Below are positions 1 to 5,136 of a stretch of DNA of 5,669 nt, in pieces. Positions within the stretch are counted from its first letter, which is position 1; every line of letters starts with the position of its first letter. The stretch is from the IMG/VR virus record IMGVR_UViG_2778261151_000002, positions 1-5,669 of that record. The stretch is one strand, 5' to 3'. The notes beneath the pieces were generated by a model, which saw nothing but the letters and a program-made list of their open reading frames with translations, was not told the DNA's origin and ran no database searches. The position numbers and the translations under genes were made by a program. This DNA is from a virus (Duplodnaviria; Heunggongvirae; Uroviricota; Caudoviricetes).

Positions 1-296
1 CGCGTTGTTTCCGGTATATCGACTTTGATGTACGGGTTAATTTGTCTGGCGACAGTGGCAAGGTCTTTATTCAGGAGAGCTTTGCATTCTGCTTCGGTAT
101 ACGTTTTACCAGGCATGATGTCTTTTCCGGTGTGTCCGTGACATACAGTCCATACACCAATGATATCTTTGTATGGTATGTAGCTGACACCTTCCAGACC
201 ATCGTTACCACCTGGGCCAGTGATTAACACAGATGCTATAGCAACAGCCCCGCCACCAATAGCAACTGCAACAGCCTTGCGTAATGATGGCGACAT
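1..296 (-). CDS. R: SAR endolysin (phage-21 R-type lysozyme), N-terminal ~98 aa only; 3' end runs off the window
   Basis: Manual minus-strand translation from ATG 296..294 gives [98 protein letters not shown]... Hydrophobic Gly/Ala-rich N-terminus fits a signal-anchor-release domain, followed by an E-x8-D-x5-T lysozyme catalytic triad. Start overlaps the holin stop (TAATG). Not in the ORF track because no stop lies within the window. Confidence 0.85.
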   Translation of the reverse strand, partial: MSPSLRKAVAVAIGGGAVAIASVLITGPGGNDGLEGVSYIPYKDIIGVWTVCHGHTGKDIMPGKTYTEAECKALLNKDLATVARQINPYIKVDIPETT

Positions 297-511
297 TATT
301 CACCTCTCGCAGCCTTACGCTTATCTTCTCTTATTTTGAAATACAGATTCGTCAGATAAGTCAGAAGCCCCAGAAGCAGACTTCCCAGCACACCAATCGC
401 AGCCCACTGTGATGGACTGACCTGATCAAGCCACTGTAAAAACCAGTAGCCGGCACTGCCTGCGGAGGTGCCGTAGGCAATGCCCGTTGATATTTTGTCC
501 ATGGATTTCAT
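296..511 (-). CDS. S: Class II holin / pinholin, phage-21 S-type (71 aa), with dual-start motif MKSM
   Basis: ORF 296..589 trimmed to ATG at 511..509 ([71 protein letters not shown]). Two predicted TM segments and a charged C-terminus. Strong SD GGAGGTG 6 nt upstream. Second Met at codon 4 matches the antiholin/holin dual-start arrangement known for S21. Confidence 0.9.
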   Translation of the reverse strand: MKSMDKISTGIAYGTSAGSAGYWFLQWLDQVSPSQWAAIGVLGSLLLGLLTYLTNLYFKIREDKRKAARGE

Positions 512-627
512 AGCCTCACCTCCGCAAATAACGGATGGCGTAGTTCTTATATTGGGAAGGGAAAAAGAAGGCCGCAGCGTAACTGTCACTGATGAATTCA
601 GGATAGCCAGTGGCTACGGCTCAGTTA

Positions 628-703
628 TGGTGCTGGTTAACGGACTTGAACCGCTACCCATTCGCTTACAAGGCGACTGCTCTACCATTGGAGCTAAACC
701 AGC
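628..703 (-). tRNA. tRNA, manual fold gives anticodon UGU (Thr); 76 nt with encoded CCA
   Basis: Minus-strand read: acceptor GCTGGTT/AACCAGC (7 bp), D-arm GCTC-CAATGGTA-GAGC, anticodon arm GTCGC-CTTGTAA-GCGAA (U33, anticodon TGT, A37), 5-nt variable loop, T-arm AGCGG-TTCAAGT-CCGTT, discriminator A, CCA. Isotype assignment is by hand and needs tRNAscan-SE. Confidence 0.75.
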
Positions 704-708
704 ATATT

Positions 709-783
709 TGGCGGGACAGCGTGGACTCGAACCACGATAAGAAGGTTAACAGCCTTCCGTAATGACCTTTATACGACTGACCC
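709..783 (-). tRNA. tRNA, manual fold gives anticodon GUU (Asn); 75 nt with encoded CCA
   Basis: Minus-strand read: acceptor GGGTCAG/CTGTCCC (6 of 7 bp, U-U at 4:69), D-arm GTAT-AAAGGTCA-TTAC, anticodon arm GAAGG-CTGTTAA-CCTTC (perfect 5 bp, U33, anticodon GTT, A37), 4-nt variable loop, canonical T-arm CGTGG-TTCGAGT-CCACG, discriminator G, CCA. Separated from the other tRNA by 5 nt. Confidence 0.7.
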
Positions 784-784
784 C

Positions 785-809
785 AATAAAAAATCCCGAA
801 ACCGTTATG
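785..809 (-). terminator. Possible tR'-like late terminator remnant (T-tract with conserved 3' arm only)
   Basis: Minus strand reads GCATAACGGTTTCGGGATTTTTTATT, which matches my recollection of the 3' half of lambda tR'. I could not find the complementary 5' arm (CCCGAAAC) upstream, so a stable hairpin is not evident. Confidence 0.3.
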
Positions 810-933
810 CAGGCTCTATTCCTATGTGCTCTCGAGTTTATGATGCGCATGTCAGCGCGCTTAGAACTTAAAGATGAGGTGGGTAAAAAACCGAAAGAAT
901 GTGAACGGATATAAATCTGCCATTCTTGAGTCA

Positions 934-962
934 AATTTACCCAACTTTATTCAAAAAGTCAA
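934..962 (-). promoter_or_regulatory. Late promoter pR' with Q-utilisation (qut) region, lambda type
   Basis: Minus strand immediately after the Q stop: TTGACT (962..957), 17-bp spacer TTTTGAATAAAGTTGGG, TAAATT (939..934), then TGACTCAAG. This is near-identical to my recollection of lambda pR' -35/-10 and the intervening Q-binding element. Confidence 0.8.
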
Positions 963-1004
963 TATCATGCCGTTAATATGTTGCCATCCGTGGCAATCAT
1001 GCTG

Positions 1005-1628
1005 CTAACGTGTGACCGCATTCAAAATGTTGTCTGCGATTGACTCTTCTTTGTGGCATTGCACCACCAGGGCGTCATACAGCGGCTTAACAGTGCGTGA
1101 CCAGGTGGGTTGAGTAAGGTTTGGGATTAGCATCGTTACAGCGCGATATGCTGCGCTTGCTGGCATCCTTGAATAACCGACGCCTTTACATCTTCCGCAC
1201 TCTTTCTCAACAACTCTCCCCCACTGCTCTGTTTTTGCTATATCAACTGCCCGGCCTGTACCGTGGCAATCTCTGCATCTTGCGCCCGGCGTCGCGGCAC
1301 TACGACAATAATCCGCATAAGCGAATGTTGCGAGCACTTGCAGTACCTTTGCCTTAGTGTTTCCTTCGAGCTTTGCCACACCACGGTATTTCCCCGATAC
1401 CTTGTGTGCAAATTGCATCAGATAGTTGATAGCCTTTTGTTTGTCGTTCTGGCTGAGTTCATGCTTACCGCAAAATGCAGCCATTCCGAATCCGGCTTGT
1501 GATTGCGCCATCCCCATAGCAGCCATCACATCAGTACCGGAAAGAGAGTCAGAAGCCGTAGCCCGTGGTGAGTCGCTCATCATCGGGCTTTTTGGCGAAT
1601 GAAATTTAGCTACGCTTTCGAGTCTCAT
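1005..1628 (-). CDS. Q: Late-gene antitermination protein Q (lambda-type, 207 aa)
   Basis: Full-length ORF MRLESVAKFHSPKSPMMSDSPRATASDS...CRDCHGTGRAV...ECGRCKGVGY...NAVTR, with the zinc-binding Cys cluster and the length of lambda Q. Start overlaps the ninH stop (ATGA). Lies directly upstream of the pR'/qut sequence. Confidence 0.95.
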   Translation of the reverse strand: MRLESVAKFHSPKSPMMSDSPRATASDSLSGTDVMAAMGMAQSQAGFGMAAFCGKHELSQNDKQKAINYLMQFAHKVSGKYRGVAKLEGNTKAKVLQVLATFAYADYCRSAATPGARCRDCHGTGRAVDIAKTEQWGRVVEKECGRCKGVGYSRMPASAAYRAVTMLIPNLTQPTWSRTVKPLYDALVVQCHKEESIADNILNAVTR

Positions 1629-1813
1629 CGTCTTCCCCTCTTGCCCTGTTTGACCATCAGGACGCCGTTAACTATTACGTGACGCTCGCCTTTGCTGTCT
1701 CGGTTGTACTTGAGCACTGTTCCTCTTGCGCAGGAAAGCATCCTCGCCACTTCGGTCTGATTGCCTCGTGTCTGGATAAGAAGCTCTGGTATCGTTTGAA
1801 TTGTGGCGTTCAT
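1625..1813 (-). CDS. ninH: NinH-like small DNA-binding protein (62 aa)
   Basis: MNATIQTIPELLIQTRGNQTEVARMLSCARGTVLKYNRDSKGERHVIVNGVLMV... resembles lambda NinH (GNQTEVARRL...RGTV..KY...H.IVN.VLMV) as I recall it. Position immediately upstream of Q as in lambda. ATGA overlaps on both sides. Confidence 0.8.
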   Translation of the reverse strand: MNATIQTIPELLIQTRGNQTEVARMLSCARGTVLKYNRDSKGERHVIVNGVLMVKQGKRGRR

Positions 1814-2172
1814 ACGTTCTCCAGTTCGGTGATTTTTATTCCAAGCCTTCCGCCTGGTACTTTCACACCACGAATTACGCGAATGTCATCGAATTGCTCG
1901 TCGTCTTCCGCAAATCCGGCGTGGATAAGAGAGTCGAGTAGCCCCTTCAGGATGTTGTCGAGGTCGCGGCGGCGGGAGTCTGGAACGTCTGCGATGACTT
2001 TGATGCGGAGTCGTGCTTTGGTGAAAATATCTAACTTGAGTTGGCGGATGATTTGCTGAACGTCTTTTCGGTATTTCTGGCCTTTATCGCTGATGTAGTA
2101 TCGGCTTCCCCGTCTTCGCCAGTAGGTGTTCAGCGACGGCGGGTATGGAAGCGTGAATCTGTACTCATTCAT
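1810..2172 (-). CDS. rusA: Holliday-junction resolvase RusA (120 aa)
   Basis: MNEYRFTLPYPPSLNTYWRRRGSRYYISDKGQKYRKDV...DSRRRDLDNILKGLLDSL...GGRLGIKITELENV matches the RusA family pattern (LPxPPS.N, RRRDLDN catalytic acidic cluster) and length. Occupies the slot held by rap/ninG in lambda. Confidence 0.9.
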   Translation of the reverse strand: MNEYRFTLPYPPSLNTYWRRRGSRYYISDKGQKYRKDVQQIIRQLKLDIFTKARLRIKVIADVPDSRRRDLDNILKGLLDSLIHAGFAEDDEQFDDIRVIRGVKVPGGRLGIKITELENV

Positions 2173-2939
2173 GCAGCCTCCCCTGTTACTTTCAGCATTC
2201 CGTTATCGAGCAGCTTTCTGGTCAGCCACTGTTGACCACGCCCGGTGATTTTTGTGGTGAACGATATCTGTATTCCGTGATTTGTGTTGACCGCTGTTTC
2301 TTTCACTGTGAAATAGCCGCGATCCATATATTCCTGCATTGGCACATTGCGCCGGGAACCTGAAGCAATAAGGATTTTGTGATCACGCATCCACGCAAAC
2401 AGTTTGTTTGGGCCAATACCAACAACCTTTGCAAAGTTTCCAATCAAAATTCCGCTGGCCTCGCCAACGCGATCGGCAAACTCAACTTTAGGTGCGGCAA
2501 TCGCGAGTTGTTGCTCCAGCTTCACTTTCTGCTCATATTCGTTTGCCCACGCTCTGGCGGCTTCAGCAGGGTTTGTGAAGTCGGGCAAGGCTGACTTATC
2601 TTCTTTTTGGCCACGAAAATAATTGCGAACAAGCTCACGTTGCACTCTCCACGCCGTCTCGTCGCGCAGGGTTTTAACCAGCATCAAATAGCCTGATTCA
2701 GTGAAAACTCGCATGCCACGAGGAGGAATTTCAAAACCCCTTCTAAAGGTATTTTCATGAAAATCAATAAAATATGTATCTTCCCTGTCTATGAAATACT
2801 CAGAGTTTCGCGCATAGCCATTTTGAATAGTGGCTACTGGAACCCCGTGAATATCAGCAATCATTTGATACGTAACAACACGCTCGCCATTAAACTCAAT
2901 CGGCACGATTTCTGCGTTGGCAATAATTACGGCATTCAT
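2169..2939 (-). CDS. Phage antirepressor-like protein, ORF6N (KilA-N-like) N-terminal domain + KilA-C/ANT C-terminal domain (256 aa)
   Basis: N-terminus IEFNGERVVTYQMIADIHGV...PRGMRVFTESGYLMLVKTLRDETAWRVQRELVRNYF fits the ORF6N pattern (P..FTE.G..ML...L....A). C-terminus FADRVGEASGILIGNFAKVVGIGPNKLFAWMRDHKIL fits the KilA-C/ANT domain. Start ATG overlaps the upstream stop (ATGA at 2936..2939); stop overlaps the rusA start. Confidence 0.8.
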   Translation of the reverse strand: MNAVIIANAEIVPIEFNGERVVTYQMIADIHGVPVATIQNGYARNSEYFIDREDTYFIDFHENTFRRGFEIPPRGMRVFTESGYLMLVKTLRDETAWRVQRELVRNYFRGQKEDKSALPDFTNPAEAARAWANEYEQKVKLEQQLAIAAPKVEFADRVGEASGILIGNFAKVVGIGPNKLFAWMRDHKILIASGSRRNVPMQEYMDRGYFTVKETAVNTNHGIQISFTTKITGRGQQWLTRKLLDNGMLKVTGEAA

Positions 2940-3190
2940 GCAACACCTCCTTCAACGACAATAATGCTGTCGCGCTTACCTTGTTCGCCTTCGAAGACGT
3001 AATGCTCGTACTGAACATTGAACCCTAAGTTATTGATTCTTTCGGAAACCTCAATTTGAGGAAGCCGGATAACTCCACTTTTAACCAGCGTTTCGATGGT
3101 ACGTTTCACATTGTCATGACGCTTACCCACCAACTCAGCGATTTCAATGCTGGTCATTTTGATGGCGTTGCTATTTATCAGCTCGTTCAT
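2936..3190 (-). CDS. Small Rha-family-like phage regulatory protein (84 aa), stand-alone N-terminal-domain-only form
   Basis: MNELINSNAIKMTSIEIAELVGKRHDNVKRTIETLVKSG... has the KRHDNV-R-I motif typical of phage Rha N-terminal domains. Start chosen at ATG 3190..3188 (SD GAGAGGA about 7 nt upstream) rather than the ATG at 3196, whose spacer is too short. Stop overlaps the Ant start. Confidence 0.55.
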   Translation of the reverse strand: MNELINSNAIKMTSIEIAELVGKRHDNVKRTIETLVKSGVIRLPQIEVSERINNLGFNVQYEHYVFEGEQGKRDSIIVVEGGVA

Positions 3191-3220
3191 TGTCATGTCC
3201 TCTCATATTGAAAATTCAGC

Positions 3221-3246
3221 AATAAAAAACCCAGCCGAAGCTGGGT
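3221..3246 (-). terminator. Rho-independent terminator (minus strand) immediately downstream of the Roi-like gene
   Basis: Minus strand reads CCCAGC-TTCG-GCTGGG followed by TTTTTTATT: a 6-bp GC-rich stem, UUCG tetraloop and U6 tract. The plus strand has no T-tract after the hairpin, so it is unidirectional. Confidence 0.8.
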
Positions 3247-3264
3247 CGTTGCGTTGGCAATCTG

Positions 3265-3969
3265 TCAGTAGTGATGTAGTGAAGGAGGTAATTCTTTGTT
3301 CTTAAGTCTTACCCATGCAGAAAGATTCGTTGGTCCGTCTGGCTCATTAATATCAACATCTCGTGTGTGATTGATTAAAACGTCTCTCGCCATTCCGATA
3401 ACATACGAGAACTCATGACCGTAGTCGTGGCATCTGCCGGAATAGTTAGACTGAATTTGTCTTAGCGCCGGATACAGTTCGCGGAATAATGCCTGTGAGC
3501 GGTTGGCATAATCCCACAACCATACCAGACTGTTTGCATCTTTTGCAGAAAGCTCGCTGGTTTTCTTCTCGTGATGACCTGCGCTTTTCGAAGTCTGGCT
3601 GAAATAGCAGTCTTCCAGTTTTTCGAACACGTCCCATGCCTGATCGGTTTCGAGCATCTTCGCGTGACGGGCTGCGCCTCGTTCTGTCCAGAGGATGAGC
3701 GAGCGGGTTTTCGGGGAAATTTGTAACCCTCTTAAAGATGGTTGCAAATTTTGTGAGTAGTTTAAAGCTACCCGCAATTCTTTAAGGTCATTACCAACAA
3801 CTTTGAAAAAGTGTTTCCCTTCAACGAAGCGTACTTTGTTCTCATGATGATTCTGGCGAATACGCACCGGCTCAGTGCCGTAAAGCTGCGCCAAAAGTTC
3901 AGTGGTAATAACAGGTATCTGGTTATGGGTGATCGGGGAGAGAGTTTCAACAGCAATTTGAGTTGTCAT
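3265..3969 (-). CDS. Roi-like DNA-binding protein: ORF6N (KilA-N-like) N-terminal domain + C-terminal domain of unknown function (234 aa)
   Basis: N-terminus [37 protein letters not shown]...[35 protein letters not shown] fits the ORF6N pattern and recalls HK022/HK97 Roi. C-terminal ~110 aa has no motif I recognise. Strong SD GGAGGTG 6 nt before ATG 3969. Flanked by intrinsic terminators on both sides. Confidence 0.7.
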   Translation of the reverse strand: MTTQIAVETLSPITHNQIPVITTELLAQLYGTEPVRIRQNHHENKVRFVEGKHFFKVVGNDLKELRVALNYSQNLQPSLRGLQISPKTRSLILWTERGAARHAKMLETDQAWDVFEKLEDCYFSQTSKSAGHHEKKTSELSAKDANSLVWLWDYANRSQALFRELYPALRQIQSNYSGRCHDYGHEFSYVIGMARDVLINHTRDVDINEPDGPTNLSAWVRLKNKELPPSLHHY

Positions 3970-4130
3970 AGTGACACCTCCGGTAGATGTTTCAGAACAT
4001 CACCACCTTCAGGTGCTAATCATCGGGTGGCGAGACGTACAGGGTTAGCACTACCGGATCTACCAACCGGCCAGCCTTTCGGCTGCCCCATACGCCCCAC
4101 CATAATTCAGATGTGCGTGCGCATACGACA

Positions 4131-4154
4131 ATAAAAAACACGCTTGCGGCGTGT
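4131..4154 (-). terminator. Rho-independent terminator (minus strand) upstream of the Roi-like gene, downstream of the ninE/antisense-TA region
   Basis: Minus strand reads ACACGC-CGCAA-GCGTGT followed by TTTTTTAT (6-bp stem, 5-nt loop, T-tract). Fits the position of a nin-region tR-type terminator. Confidence 0.75.
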
Positions 4155-4290
4155 GTCTGTCGCGGTAGTTATCCGGGGTGCTAATCCCGACGCCAGATTT
4201 TGCTGGCGTATGAGGAATATAGCCCCGGATATGTGTTGTCGTCAACTACAGGCCTTGAATGCATATAACGATTTTGTTATGTTGATACCT

Positions 4291-4620
4291 ATGAACTACA
4301 CTATCGAATACTACAGTGAAGATGTAAGGCTGGAAGTCGATCGGCTTCCATTGAGTATGCGTGCCCGATACCAACATCTCGTTGAACGTATGAAGATATA
4401 TGGCAGCAATCTCGGAGAACCTCACACCAGCGCCTTTGGTGACGGGCTTTTCGAACTCAGAATTAAAGGCAACGATGGGATCGCGCGTGTTTTTTACTGC
4501 ACTCTGACAGGGAAACGCATCATCATGCTGCATAGTTTTGTAAAGAAAACGCAGAAAACACCGCCAGCCGAACGCAAGAAAGCTGAAACCAGAATGAAGG
4601 AGGTTAAGCATGACTGGTAA
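4291..4620 (+). CDS. RelE/ParE-superfamily toxin-like protein (Gp49/HigB-like, ~109 aa)
   Basis: MNYTIEYYSEDVRLEVDRLP...GDGLFELRIKGNDGIARVFYCTLTGKRIIMLHSFVKKTQKTPPAERKKAETRMKE matches the Gp49-like/HigB-like pattern (F.LR......R..Y......I..L..F.KK.QKTP..E...A). ORF-track ORF 4144..4620 trimmed to an internal ATG. Alternative ATG at 4279 (MLIPMNYT...); neither has a clear SD. Stop TAA overlaps the antitoxin gene by 11 nt. Confidence 0.75.
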   Translation: MNYTIEYYSEDVRLEVDRLPLSMRARYQHLVERMKIYGSNLGEPHTSAFGDGLFELRIKGNDGIARVFYCTLTGKRIIMLHSFVKKTQKTPPAERKKAETRMKEVKHDW

Positions 4621-4918
4621 ACGCACTCTCCCCACCATGACACACGACGAAATGGCAGCCAAATGGATGGAAGACCCGGCTTTTAAAGCAGAATACGACG
4701 CTATCGCTGACGAATTCGCACTGCTTGATGAAATGCTGGCAGCACGCAAAGAAGCTGGCTTAACTCAGGCTGAAGTTGCCGAGCGAATGGGAACAAAAGC
4801 GACCGCGATCACCAGAATGGAAAGTAATCTCGCATCAGGTATCAGCGGCCCATCATTTGCCACACTAAAAAAATTCGCCCGCGCTACTGGAAAAAAACTC
4901 CAGATCCGCTTCGTTTAA
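4610..4918 (+). CDS. HTH-XRE antitoxin-like protein (HigA-like, 102 aa)
   Basis: MTGKRTLPTMTHDEMAAKWMEDPAFKAEYDAIADEFALLDEMLAARKEAGLTQAEVAERMGTKATAITRMESN...FATLKKFARATGKKLQIRFV has a helix-turn-helix (LTQAEVAERMGT...ITRMES) and the conserved C-terminal L.IR.V tail seen in antitoxins partnered with Gp49/HigB-like toxins. Strong SD AAGGAGGT 6 nt before the ATG. Overlaps the toxin gene. Confidence 0.8.
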   Translation: MTGKRTLPTMTHDEMAAKWMEDPAFKAEYDAIADEFALLDEMLAARKEAGLTQAEVAERMGTKATAITRMESNLASGISGPSFATLKKFARATGKKLQIRFV

Positions 4919-4959
4919 CCACACCGCGCCGTCATTCTGGCGGCGCACCGGATAAATAG

Positions 4960-5136
4960 TCATTTCCTCGCACGATGTCTTAGCCACCGGATATCCCACA
5001 GGTGAGCCGTGTAGTTGAAGGTTTTTACGTCAGATTCTTTTGGGATTGGCTTGCGTTTATTTCTGGAGCGTTTCGTTGGAAGGTATTTGCAGTTTTCGCA
5101 GATGATGTCGGTGAAACTTCGTCGCTGTCGTCTCAT
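4960..5136 (-). CDS. ninE: NinE-like small protein (58 aa)
   Basis: [58 protein letters not shown] resembles lambdoid NinE as I recall it. Start ATG overlaps the ninB stop (ATGA at 5133..5136). The ORF-track version (from 5196) uses an upstream GTG that overlaps ninB; an alternative in-frame ATG at 5154 cannot be excluded. Confidence 0.7.
   Translation of the reverse strand: MRRQRRSFTDIICENCKYLPTKRSRNKRKPIPKESDVKTFNYTAHLWDIRWLRHRARK

Noticed and set aside
42-227. 61-aa plus-strand ORF
   Set aside because: Antisense to the well-supported endolysin reading frame; no RBS and no recognisable motif.
296-589. 97-aa extended form of the holin ORF
   Set aside because: The upstream extension uses a non-ATG start and would overlap the S RBS region; the 71-aa form starting at ATG 511 with a strong SD matches the pinholin family.
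530-627. Possible third tRNA next to the two called ones
   Set aside because: No T-loop (GTTCRANTCC-type) motif or acceptor-stem pairing found in this interval; only the lambda-like structured remnant.
480-740. 86-aa plus-strand ORF
   Set aside because: Overlaps the holin start and both tRNA genes on the opposite strand; an ORF-finder artefact.
746-934. 62-aa minus-strand ORF
   Set aside because: Lies within the pR' leader and terminator region and runs into the tRNA; no SD; in lambda this interval is non-coding.
1121-1502. Plus-strand ORFs of 78 and 79 aa
   Set aside because: Antisense to Q, which is full-length and unambiguous.
1679-3002. Plus-strand ORFs (126, 64, 71, 72 and 81 aa)
   Set aside because: All antisense to the coupled ninH/rusA/ant/rha genes; low-complexity translations with no start signals.
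4072-4085. 5-bp hairpin CAGCC-TTTC-GGCTG
   Set aside because: Weak stem with no T-tract on either strand; not a credible terminator.
4111-4126. 16-bp perfectly alternating purine-pyrimidine tract (potential Z-DNA)
   Set aside because: Short enough to occur by chance in 5.7 kb; no supporting context.
3446-4134. Short ORFs overlapping the Roi-like gene (63 and 62 aa minus, 107 aa plus)
   Set aside because: Alternative-frame or antisense overlaps of a gene with good SD and domain signature.
4060-4245. 61-aa minus-strand ORF in the roi/TA intergenic region
   Set aside because: Spans the intrinsic terminator, has low-complexity composition and no SD; probably non-coding, though a small protein cannot be fully excluded.
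4144-4290. N-terminal extension of the toxin ORF to 158 aa
   Set aside because: Begins at a non-ATG codon, overlaps the terminator and palindrome, and would give a protein far longer than Gp49/HigB-like toxins (~100-115 aa).
4246-4749. 167-aa minus-strand ORF antisense to the toxin-antitoxin pair
   Set aside because: Ser/Ala-rich low-complexity translation, whereas the plus-strand frames carry recognisable family motifs and an SD.
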